Of a DNA stretch of 64,000 nt, positions 52,101-64,000 are shown in pieces. A model generated the notes under the pieces. That model was given only the letters and a program-made list of their open reading frames with translations, was not told the origin of the DNA and searched no databases. Source of the DNA: Callorhinchus milii (Eukaryota); the NCBI RefSeq assembly GCF_018977255.1, contig NW_024704742.1, forward strand, positions 63,862,001-63,926,000, read 5' to 3'. The position numbers and the translations under genes are program-made. Every line of letters starts with the position of its first letter. Position 1 is the stretch's first letter.

Positions 52101-54717
52101 CACCCCTAAAAATGTCTGTGTTTGTAACCACTGTCTGTACACTGAAGAAAGTGCACTTTACCTTTCACCGTAGGCGATCAGCTATCGAACTGAGGCATGT
52201 GCTACTTCGGCAGTTCTCTGCACAGTTCTCTGAAGCGAAATGGAACCCATCGCCTTCAGAACCGTAGATGAGGACATTGCAAAGTTGCAGGATTATTGTC
52301 TAAATTTTGGCATAGTAACTTCACCATTGGCATTAGACCTTATTCTCGAAAAAATAAGAATAGTTTCTCCTGGTGTCCTGGTCAGCAATCCCCTGAATAA
52401 AATTAGTCATCCATATTTGTCTACAAAATTCATGGTCACTACACTTTACATTAAATCTTGTGAAGTGCTTTGAGACATCTGAATGATGTGATAAAGAGCT
52501 ATATCAAATTAGGATTATGATTGTTATTACTGAGACTAGTCTTGGAATCCAGACTGAGTTTTAATTAAGTTCCTCACCTGTTGCTGGTGACACCGCCCAA
52601 TTAATATAGGGGCGGAGGGAGGGTTGGAGTGAAGGAAGGAAAGGAGTGGGGATGTTCCATGAATTAGCTGTCTGTACCCTGCAGGCAATGCTCCCTCCTC
52701 TTAAATTAATTGGGATGCTCTCATCATGCTGAATGCGCAAGGAGAACAAAATGCAATCGAAGACAACAGGTTCAATATAATAATAAATAATAATAATCCT
52801 TGCATTTGACATAGCGCCTTATCACATCTACGAGACATCTCAAAGTGCTTCACAGGATATCTTGTAAAGTGTAGTGTGTTATAGAAGAATAAATCAGCCT
52901 GGCACGAACAGGAAGTCAGGACACAGGATGAGTGTTACAGACTCACTACTGTAATAATTTGTCAGTCAAGTCCTGGGTGAATGTCATATGGATTCAAATG
53001 AAGGATCATCTCTTCTGGTAGACATTGAACTGGAGTCAATTGAAAACATGGCCAGTTTATTGAACTGCACACATCCCCACCATAATAACCATAAGGATTC
53101 ATATTGTGTCCTTCATGATGGGCCGAATGCCCTTTTTGTGCTGTAAGCTTCTATGGTTCACGTCAAGGTAAAGTCTGAGTGACCATTTTTTACAAGGATT
53201 GATAAAGTGCGCATGTTGCTTTTCAATCGCGATACCTTAAATTGTATCATCTTCAATCACTGGGTCTGATCAACTGAAGATACACTCACATTGGCCTTGA
53301 ACTTTATGGACTTTAATATTCTGAGTTATATTTTGACTTTAACAAAACTCCACAAGGAGTCTTTAGTCAAACCGTTCAGGAAGAGCCAAATCCTTGACTA
53401 AAATGCACAGAATAAGCCATTTTGGCGCCTCTAAGGGATTGTGCAGTGTAAAAATCACCAATTCAGAACAGGACTGTGCATTGGAGAGTCCATCACAGAT
53501 TCCCTGCAGCAAAGACTTTCCTCCCAGTGAGTGCTGATGGCAGCTGTACTGTAATGCTAAGCTTTCGTCAGTTTAGTTGAAGTAATTATTGTGTCTTAAA
53601 CGTTATTAGTCTTAGTGTCATCTTGTTTCTATAACATATGTGGTCAATCTCAATACCCAAAGTCAGAGGCATGTTTCCCCTTTATTCTTGCCCCTAGCTG
53701 TTTATTTCTGTAAGGCAAGTAATAGGCCCCAGCGCATTGCATTAAGAGCAAATCTGAACAAATGTTAAAAATTGACCTTGACGCAGGTCAAAACTGTTTG
53801 CTATGTAGTCAAAGGCTGTGAAGATTTCCTCCTTAAATGGTCTCAGTATGTTAGTCTCTGCTGCTTTTACATCTCTCTCCATTTTCAAATTGAAATGAAT
53901 CCAGATAGACATCTCGAGGGAAAGGCTTCGATTGGATTTTAAAGTTCTTGTAACGTGACGAGCCATCAATTCTCAATGGGTATTAAGAGATTGATTCCTG
54001 TGTTTGCTGAAAGTGCAATGCAACTAAATTGGCAGGCATGATCTAAATCTTCCTGTTTACCAGGCCATTTGCGGTTTCCTCGTACCCTGAAGACAAACGT
54101 TTGTCTCCCAGCCAAGTAATGTTTTACAAAGCGCACACAAATATATACGCAGTATATGAATTGGATGCAATTGCATGGTGTTGCAATTGTTACAGGCAGA
54201 CAGCAGATGTCTTTCCTGGAACAATCCTGAAAGTAAACTAGCTTTAATCTTCCTGAAGATTGTTTTTGATGAAAGAAGCCCCACTTCTCAACTCTGATCT
54301 CACATGGTCTAGGTTGACACTCCAGCATGCTAAAAGTGTGCTACTGTCCTTGGATGTTAAACCAAAGTTCGTCCACAAATACACAGTCAATATATATTTC
54401 CAATATATTATGTGAAGCACTTTGAGATGCATCAACAACGTGATAAGGTATTATATCAAATGCAAGGATTATTATTATTAAAGTCTGGTCTCCCTGTTCA
54501 GTTGGATTTTAAGGATCCCACAGTACTAAAATTCCCCAAATAAAATTGGTCTTTCACTTCATGGCTGTTTGTAGGACACTTCTGTGCACAAATTGGCTGC
54601 CATGTTTGCCTACAAAAAACACAGTTACTGCACTGCACACAATATGAAACGCCTTGACACATCCTCTTCAAGTTAAAGGTACTATATCAAAAGCAAGGAA
54701 TTTTAATATTACTATTA

Positions 54718-55168
54718 CAACAACAACGTGTATTTATATGGTGTACTGAACGCGGGGTAGGGTCTCGGAGCGCTTCACAATGGAGGAGTCTGACACCGAG
54801 CCAGGGGGAGTGGGAGGGAGGAGGTGACCGTAAGCACGGTCAAAAAGAAAGGCCTTTAGGTGGGATTTGAAAGTGTGGACAGAGGGGGAAAGATGGAGTG
54901 ATTGAGGGAGAGAGTTCCAGAGTTTCGGGGTGTAGTAGCTGAAGGCGTGACCACAGATGGTGGAGCGGAGGGGATGTGTGACAAACAGTAGTCCAGAGGC
55001 AGCCGAGCAGAAGCAGCGGGTGATGGAGTGGGGGGGTAAGCAGGTCAGATAGGTAGGGAGGTGCGACGGCATGAAGGGATTTGAAAACAAGTGAGAAGAT
55101 CTTGAAATTATCCGTTCGGTAATTGGAAGCCAGTGGAGCGTGGCAAGGACTGGTATGATGGAGGTACA
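54718..55168 (-). mobile_element. L2 LINE 3' end
   Basis: FKSLHAVAPPYLSDLL, AFSYYTPKLWNSLP, FKSHLKAFLF. Similar short 3' ends at ~27640-27900 (-), ~45975-46410 (+), ~48275-48597 (+) and ~58430-58900 (-). Confidence 0.85.
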
Positions 55169-57696
55169 GACTTTTGTTCTTTTTTACTGTAAGAAAGTTG
55201 AACAAATAATTTGGTTTTGGGATTTCATTAATTCACAATGAACCTGCAGTACCTGGCCACATTTCTCACGGTTATCTTTGGATTCCCTTTCGTCAATTGC
55301 CTACACAGTCACCACACTTTGCAGTAAAATCTTGCGAAACATTTTGAGATGTGTTTCTGATGTGAGAGGTGTTATATCAGATGTAAGAATTATCATCATT
55401 TTGTGTCCAATTTATTGAGCGAATGTCACCGCCTCATTGGAATGGGGAATTCTTCGAGGAACCTGGAACCTGTAATTCTTCACACTCTTAGGCTTAAAGC
55501 CTTTAACTTTCAAATGGAAGAAGGCGTGGTAGAGAACAGACTTAAACAAGGAAGCCTATTTTCTCAGGTCTCACAAAGAACAGCGGAAAATCGGCTTCCA
55601 AATTGAGATTGTGAGGCTCTTCTCCACAACTCAGAGTGAGTTTAAATTTTAAGAGAATATTATTAATAATAATTATCCTTGCATTTGATAATTGTGCTTT
55701 ACCATGTCATTGAGATGTTTCACAACGCTTCACAAAATATATTGTAAAGTGGATTAACTGTGTATTTTGTTGACAAAACATAGCAGCCAATTATACACAG
55801 CAATGTCATGGATTGAGTGACCCCATTTTTCTGGAGGGATTATCATTACAATGGACTTTGAGACTAATAGTTCCAGGCTCCCTTTCTCAGTTCACCTCCA
55901 ATTGAAAGGAAAATCTATCACATCTGCCACAACTGCCTCAATATCTTGAGTGGGGTAAGGAGCCCGGTTTGACCACTTACATGAACAACTGAGAATTCTT
56001 TCCAACTCACAACAATGTTTTGAATTACAGCTCAGTGATGTACTGCTTGATTTTGGGTGCAAAGCAAAGCATTATCTGTGCAGAGGCATATCCTAAACAG
56101 CACACCTCCAGCTCCTGACCCAGGTGTGTTGATAAATCATGAACATGAGGAATGAAAACAATGGCAGCCTTGCCAGCTATAACATTCTCTGAGTATGGCT
56201 GAGAGCTTGCGATATAATCTATTGGTACAAAAGGTCACCACCCCTTTCTGGGTCTGTTCTAGGTATGTCTCGTTCAGTTTGGATCAATTGCAAGTGCTCT
56301 TACTTCTTGAGTCAGAAGGTGATGGAGTTCAAGCGCCACTTTGAGCTCACACAGTCTTGGCTTCAGTACAGCGCTGGGGGAGTGCTGTTTTGTCAGAGGT
56401 GTTGTCCTTCGGATGGGACATTAAACTGATGTCCCATCTGCCGTTCAGGTAGACGTTAAAGGTCCCATAGCACTTTTCAAAAACAGAAGGGAGTTTCTCC
56501 TGGGATCCTGGCCAACAATTCTCCAAATAATTGCATTCACTTTATGCCTATTGCTGTGCACAAATTGGCTGCCATCTTTTCCTACTAAATACAGTCAATA
56601 CATTTTACTGTAAATCTTGCAAAGCATATTCAAACATCTTCCAACATGATAGATGCTATATCAATTGCAATCTTATTGTTGTGCACCTATGAGACATTGG
56701 CTCTGTGAAGAGGTGAGAGGTGTTACATGTTCAGCGTTCCATGATTTTGGAAGTGAATGTAGAGGGAACTTAGAGTGGGAATGTAGAGTGGGAACTTGGG
56801 AATCACAAATTGCAATGGAGCTCTGATCACAACATTACCCCGAGGTGATGGTTGCAGGAACAGTGGAATTTGTGTCCATGCAATATTCAGCAACAACAAC
56901 TTGCAATTATGTAAGATAATGTCCCAAAACACTTGACAGAAATGATGTGGATCACTGAACAAGGTGGGAAGTGGTTTTACGATGTGAGAAAGGCACAGTG
57001 AGAGGTTTTTAGAAAGGATTTGAATGCAGGGAAAAAGGCACAAGACAAAATGGATTTTGAGAGAATTGTGGAGAGCAGGCACACACATACAAGGGATAAT
57101 AATAATCTTTGCATTTGATGGAGCGATTGATCTAGTCATTGAAATGTCTCACAGCAATTCACAGGATTTACTGCAAGTGAAAATGACCAGCATTGTGTGC
57201 ACAATGATATCCCACAAGCAGCTATGAAGGAAAATGATCATTTTTACGTGAGGATTGTTGACCACGACACCAGGAGGAATTCCAGTATCTTTTTAAATAG
57301 TGTCAAAGGATCTTTAACGTCTACCTGAACAGGCAGTCGGGACCTTGGTTTAACGTCTCATCTAAAGGCTATCATCTCCAACAATGCAGTGGTTCTCCCA
57401 GAACTGTACTGATATGTTGGCTTAGACTATGATTCTTGAAGACTCAATGTGGTGCTTGAAACCACAATCTTCAGGCTCAGAGATGAGAGTGCTAAAAGCT
57501 GAGCCAGGCCTGATATTTTCCAAATATTGAGATTCAATCTGGAACAGGGCTAGTTTAATCTTAAATAATTATGCTGCGTAAACTTTTCTCAAGCCTTTGT
57601 TTGGAATGTTCCAATCAGCATTCAGAAGAGATTTAGGCCACAACTATTATGCTGGCCAGGATGCTTGATCTTGTCTGCTGGCACATAGATCATGAT

Positions 57697-57881
57697 CATC
57701 CCTCAGGAATCTGGCAGCAACCCAATCCTTGAGGGAATCTGGAATGGCTCCCAGTCACTGAGGGAATCAGCCAGTATCTCCATCCTTGAGGGAATCTGGC
57801 AGTATTCCTTGCTCTGAGGGAATTTGGCACAGCTCCTGGTCTCTAGGAGAGACTGGCAGTATCCCAGTCTCTCAGAGGATC
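57697..57881 (+). repeat. Degenerate minisatellite, 28-29 bp period, about 6.5 units
   Basis: Core GAGGGAATCTGGCAG recurs at ~57705, 57731, 57760, 57788, 57816, ~57845. Confidence 0.8.
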
Positions 57882-58067
57882 TTAGTTTGGAACAAAGACT
57901 GGATTAATATCTGCAGGAGGACCACACTCGCTGGGAGCTTGATTGTTCACTAATTAATAGCCATCCGGTTGGACTGAGAACCGCCTCTCTGCTGAGGTCT
58001 CTGCTTGGCTGGAATGCTGGATATGATCATTCTTCTCAGTACAGAACTTCAAGAGTAATGTCTTTGC

Positions 58068-58283
58068 ATAATAATCCCTCCAAAACCAAAAACAATAAAA
58101 AATTGGTAATTTTCAATCCACGACTGTTTGTGCGACATTGCTGTGCGCAATTGGCTGCCGCGTTCGCCCACAAATATACAGTCAATTCACTTTACAGTAT
58201 ATTCTGTGAAGCGCTTTGGGACGTCCTCCCGACGTGAAAAGCGCTATATCAAATGCAAGGATTATTATTATTATTATTATTAT
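58068..58283 (+). mobile_element. Headless copy of the young SINE
   Basis: Same start point (ataataatccctcc) and near-identical body. Confidence 0.88.
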
Positions 58284-59037
58284 AGAGTTAACACCTTAGA
58301 ATAACAACTTGCATTTATTTAGCACCCTTCACACGGGACAGTGTCAAAAATTATATTCTATACCTTCTCTCACTATAAACCAATAAGGATGGAATTTTAA
58401 TCCACGTGTATACTGCACAATAGATTAGAAACAATAACAATAAATTGCATTTATATAGCACCTTTTAAGTCAGGCGAACGTTCCAAGGTGATAAACTATT
58501 AAAAGTTTGCACCAGAGCTGGGGGTTAGATTGGGGAGGGATGGAGGCCTAGGGGAGTGGGGGCGAGAAGATGATCAAAGGCGCAGAAAAAGAGAATATCT
58601 TGAGAACATGAAGGAGGTGAGTGAAAGGATGAGATGAAGAGACTCTGGGAAGGGGCAGAAAGGCTGAAAATCTGACCAATAATGGTGGGGCAGGCAGGGT
58701 GGGGGACGTGAAGTTAGCCTGTGCATGCTGAGCAGAGGCAGTGGGTGTGTTGATAAGGTTTTACAAGGTCACAGAGCAATTGGTCAGAACAACAGTGGTG
58801 CTGGAATCAAGGGCGGAGGCATACATATGGAAGTTAATCCCATGCCTGCAGATGATATCATCGAGCGGGAGCATGTAGATACTGAAGAGAGGAGAGCAAT
58901 CCATTGTCTTAACTACTTGGTCACCTCGGAAAAGACTGGCTAATAGCAATACTAAACGGCAACAATATCTTGTATTTATGTAGGGAGAAGGGAAGGGAGG
59001 GGGAAGGGTAGGGGTGTGTGACTGTATATAGTTGTAC

Positions 59038-59303
59038 CTTTTGAAAAGCGCTTCTTGATATTTACTCCTGCTACCAGGAGTAAATACATTGACCCAGATT
59101 TGATGCCAATTGTTGAAAGGTTTTGAGAAGTCTCTGTGCATGATGTTACCAAAGCATAAGGAGAGTGAGCTAGGCTGAGGGACCTTTACCCTTCCTACCT
59201 CCTGGTGTTCAGGCACTGGGCCTTTTGCCACTTGCCTGCTCAACAGCATTTCCGCAGCGACTGTACTTTGTGTTGCCTGGAAGGAAGTGACTGACGTGTA
59301 CAT
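59038..59303 (-). CDS. Candidate alternative first exon splicing in frame to the Ig1 exon
   Basis: 88 open codons plus AG, then donor AAG|gtacaa in phase 2; joining to 49158 gives ...EALFKR-WFCEDK. Confidence 0.35.
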
Positions 59304-60049
59304 TTGTTTCTAAAAGGCAAAGGCCACTGTCCTTTCACCTCTTCGAAACCCCAGGTTGATGGGCTTAAGATCTTTGGAAGTGAACGTCCTACATTAATTA
59401 AGTACTGATGGCAGTGTTACTCTAAGAAGCCATGAGAATGCCCGGCTTGAGAACCAATAGCACACTGGTGAATTAGGGGATTACAATACAATAAATTTAC
59501 ATTTATACAGACCTTTCACATCAAAAGGATGCCTCAAAATGCTTGACAATTGTGACCAGGCACTGGAGCTGAGGGTGGAGCTGAGGCAGGGAAGATTCCC
59601 AGAATCAAGTCCAGTCGATTACATAGAATCTATGGGAATGAGACAGATCACTCAGCCCAACTGGCCTGTGCTGCTGTCTACAGAGGTACGTTGGCCATTG
59701 AACCAGGCCTTTTGGCCCAACTAGTCCATCTCTTTACTATATTTCGCCCACACCCCTCAATTCCCTTCTCTCTCACGTATAGGAATCTTGTTCCTCTACC
59801 ACAAAGTGATCTAATCTTAATAGAGTGAGTGCTGGCAGGAGCCCCGATATTTTAATTAATCTTCACCTGCGCTCTGTGAACAGTAGCAGATTATAATTTT
59901 GCTTTAAACAACAACAAATAATAATATATAATAATCCTTGCAATTGATATAGTGCCTTATCACATTGTTGAGACATCTCAAAGCACTTTACAGATTATAT
60001 TGTAATGCAGTCCTGTAGTTTAGTGGTTAGAGCACTCACGAAATGTTAG

Positions 60050-60712
60050 GCAAGTGGTGGATTGGGGAGTGAGGCATTTGGTGAGGTAGGGAGATATTAG
60101 CGAGTGTGAGGATCTTGAAATCCATCTGTTCGATGATGGGGAGCCAGTGGAGCCTGGTCAGAACTGGTGAGAAGTGGGTACAGAGTTTGGTCTGGGTCAG
60201 TATGTGGGCAGAATGAGCTGAATTTTTTGAATAGTGGAGCTGAGGAGACCGGCGAGGAGTGCGTTTGCGTAATCCAGGCGGGAGGTAACAAACACATGCA
60301 CAAGGGTTTTGGCTGCATTTGGGGTAAGGTACAGTCGGAGGCGGGCAATATGGCGGAAGTGGTGGAAGGTGGTCCTGGTCGAGGACCAGATGTGAGGAAG
60401 GAAGGACAGCTGGGGGTCGAACTGGACGACTAGATTGCGCACTGGTTTGGTGAGTCTGAGGGAGAACCTGGGGAGTTTTAGGATGTCAGATCCATAGGAG
60501 TGAAAACATTGACGGGAGCCAAGCAGTATGGCTTCTGTCTTGTCCACATTCAGCTGCAGGAAATTTGCACTCATCCAGGCCCTGATGTCTGCCAGACAAA
60601 CTGATAGAATATTGGCGTCCCTGGAGTTGGTACTGGAGGAGGCAAAGTAGATTTGTGTGCCATCTGCATACATGTGGAAGTCTACCTTGTGTCTCAGGAT
60701 GACATTGCCAAG
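60050..60712 (-). mobile_element. L2 LINE RT fragment
   Basis: FHMYADGTQIY, WMSANFLQLNVDKTEAI, HVFVTSRLDYANALL. Confidence 0.9.
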
Positions 60713-63700
60713 AGGGAATATGGCAGTCAATTGCGCACAGCAGTGTTCCACAGACAATTGTGCCAAATATTGTTTTTGGGGGATGGATTATTATCCCAGC
60801 AAAATTGCATTTATATTGCGCCTTTCATGTCGGAAGGACATTCTAAGGTGCTGGACAGTTAAGTGTTTGCACCCGAGCTGGGGGTTCGAATCAAGAGGGG
60901 AAAAATTTCAAATTGCACAGATTGTGAAAAATTCTTAAATTCATGGAATTAAATTCTTAAATTCCTTGAATTCCTGAATTTTTTAATTTATTGCTTTGGA
61001 AGTTGGCTTTTTTTTAAGAACTGCAGGAAACAGACTTCCAAATCAAGGCTGAATTTAAGAATTTTCCACAATTCCGTTCAATTTGAAATGTTAAGGCTAA
61101 ATAATAATAATCCTTGCATTTGATATAGCGCCTTATCACGTCTTCGAGACATCTCAAACAAAGCAAAAGAGCTTGTCACAGTACTTAATAGCTTCTCTCT
61201 ACAGAACACTCTCAAAGGGCTTCACAGAATGTACTGTAATGTGAATTGACTGTATATTTTGTGGGCGAAATAGTCTCAGAGGCTAGGATTGGAACTCTGA
61301 GCCTGAAGGCTAGGAAAATTGGTTCCACTCGCTCAAGTGAATCTTGTAAAATACTTATATTTAATGTCTCTTATCTCCAGGATATTGTCATATATTGTCT
61401 GTGCTCATGCAAAACATGTATACTCAATATTCTTCTCAGTCGAGATAAACTTGAATCTTTGATTTAAAAAATTAATCGGAGCACCGTGGGTAAAATTGTG
61501 CCCACATTCATCGAACACCTGATTCAGTGGGAAATTTCCTCTCTGTGTTTAGCCTTCAGGTGATAAAAGATTACGGGCTTAACAACTGGAATGGAGCGAC
61601 CATAGAGAGTGTTCTGTAGAGAGAAGATATTAGGTACTGCCACAAACTCTTTTACCTCATTTTAGCCAGTGATTCAAGAGAGGTTTGGTCACAAGTCTCA
61701 ACTCAGCATCTTAACATTGAGCCTATTTCAATGTTGCACTATAAGTTCCTTAATAACATGAAACACCAACAACTTGCATTTATATAGTGCTTTCGCATAG
61801 GATAACATTTTGGAGCTCATCATGGTGGCAGGGTTGGAGGCTGAGCAAGGTCGAAATAGTGAAGGGGAAATAATCATAGGCATGGTTTGAATGTAGATAA
61901 CGGGTGGGGGCTGGAGGGGGGGCAGAAGGATCACCTTGCGGCAAAAGTAATAAAGTTGGGGGTGGGGTGTGGGAGGTGGTTGGGGAAGGGACAGTGAGCA
62001 GATAACAAAGAGTTTACTGCCAACATTTTCAGTCTCCAGCTGGTATCTTCCTCAGGGAAACACAGAGAACTATAAATGGAGCACTCACTTGGCACTCGAA
62101 ACCCTGATCCATACACAACACATATGGGTTTACATTACAAACAAAAGCTTTATACAGCTTCTGCCATGCTGAGGTGAAAAACCTGTATTTGTATGATGCC
62201 CATTATAAAAGGTAGCGTCTCGGAGCACAACACTGGAACCAAGGTTCCATAGAGCACACAAGTCATTGCCTTAATATTCACTTCCAATATAATCTTTCCA
62301 GTATTATATTTCAGTACATTTAGAAAAAGGTCAGGCTCTATATTACAATAATAATGTCTTTCATTTTGGTCAAAAGGTTTTACTGTAAAGTATGGTATTT
62401 ATATAGCTTGTAGGTGAACCAATAGCCAATTTGCTCAGGGCAATGTCCTGTACATAGAGCAATGTCTAACAAACAGCCAAGAAGTGAATGACCATTTTCA
62501 GCTGGGGGATTGTTGGCCTGGACATTGATAGATACTTCTCTCTTCATTCCATGGGATCTTTAACGTTCACTTGAACAGGCAGACGGAACGTACACCCGGG
62601 CATTTTGTTGGAGTTTTAGCCTAGACAGCGAATTCAAAATTGCGACATGGAGTTTGAATACACAAAGTGTTCTTCTGACTCAGAGGTGAGCGTGTTTCCA
62701 GCTAAGCCAGGCTAATACATGACGATTCAAGCTGCTTCAACAATTACATTTATAGACATTACTATATGTATTTCCAGCACTATCACACTCCCTAAGGGAT
62801 TATTGGCACCAGCACAGATATACATTATAAATTCATTTTGTGCGGCAGCAAAATAATATGGTTTGTACCAATGTAACCTCAATGCATTGTTCAGTGACTT
62901 AAACTGCAGTTTGTTTGATGTACATTAATGTAACATGAATATGCTTTCAACAACAAGTGGAGTCCTGTAACTTAGTGGTGTGGAGTCCTGTAGCTTAATG
63001 GCTAGACCACTCGCAAGCGAGAGGACCTGGGTTCGATTCCCAGGCAGCATGAAATGTTGGGCAAGTTTCCTTACTCCTCACGCCTCTCTCCACCTAGCAG
63101 TAAGTAGGAGCCCTGTTGTTCGTCAATTGCCAGATTGCTTTTTCAGAGGTAATAATCCCTTTAAAAAAAATGTAGAATTCTTTTAACATTTAAAAAAAAG
63201 TCACAAAATCAACAACTGTTTGTGGGATACTGCTGTGTGCAATTGGCTGCCTTGTTTCGCCCACAAGGTATAGAGTCAATTCACTTTGCAGCGTTTGCTC
63301 TGAGGCACTTTGAGACATCTCAAAGACGTGATGAGGCACTAAATCAAATACAAGGATTATTTATTATTATCATCATCAAACCTCTGTGCCATAGAACTTT
63401 TAAAATGCAAACATTTCATTTCATCCAAAGGAGGGGACCCTTGATAATGCAGATGTCTCCCAGTACTTTCTCCTCTCAATTTACCCTCCTGCCCCTGACC
63501 TGCCTCAATTAACTTGGGATCTGCCTTTGTGTGCACTCGATGTGGGGTACAGGCAGGAGAATAGGGTTAAACTAGATGATTCATGTGGAAAAAAGCATCA
63601 GCATGGATATGATGTGCTGTAAGATTTAATGCCTGGATATATCCCTTCCGGTGTACTCTTATAATCATCCCACTCAGAGTTGCTCAAGGGGTGCTGTGTT

Positions 63701-64000
63701 GCAAAATTTCTAAGAAATTCCCCGGAATTTAGAAATGCTATCAATTTCATAAAGATTTGGATAACCTGACACTTACAAAAAAAACTTCTGTGGTAAAAAA
63801 TTGCCAACATATATTCCCAAACCGCAAGCTATAAATTCTTTTTTTACACTACTTTCTATCCGCGTGTGTGCTTGCCTCAGCCTGCCTTTCAGTGTTGAGT
63901 AACCTGCCATTCCTAATGATTATAAAAGACAAAGAAGGCCTGTACCTACATTACAACAATAACTTGCACTTTCAGAAGGATGATGTCAAATGGGCCGAAG

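Noticed and set aside
57697..57881. Repeat-spacer appearance suggestive of a CRISPR array
   Set aside because: The intervening sequences are ~13 nt and similar to each other, the context is vertebrate, and there are no cas genes; it is a minisatellite.
62957..63002. Tandem duplication of the first 23 nt of a SINE head; similar 15-17 bp duplications near 358 and 38417
   Set aside because: Ordinary short slippage-type duplications.

Overview
Vertebrate genomic DNA, most likely a cartilaginous fish (inferred from the SINE/L2/CR1/Penelope repeat content, not proven). The whole window lies inside one minus-strand gene, palladin (PALLD). Eight internal coding exons (49158 down to 33670) have canonical AG/GT boundaries and consistent phases. 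They encode the C-terminal part of Ig1, the linker, all of Ig2 (including a 24-nt microexon) and the region ending ...KEPPPLLTKPKL. 49159-64000 and 1-33669 are parts of two large introns filled with tRNA-derived SINEs, decayed L2, CR1 and RTE LINEs, a Penelope fragment and a hAT-type MITE. I found no prokaryote-type system (CRISPR, operon) and no intact novel ORF. Observations worth following up: three candidate alternative first exons (two in frame with the PALLD exon chain); a 1020-nt phase-symmetric exon block flanked by near-identical inverted SINEs (circRNA candidate with a stop-free frame); three 49-61 bp locally templated insertions; a young SINE subfamily with headless copies that have inverted ends; a MITE with a perfect 26-bp hairpin; and an unclassified ~560-bp structured repeat. 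Human PALLD comparisons are from memory, and repeat boundaries are approximate.
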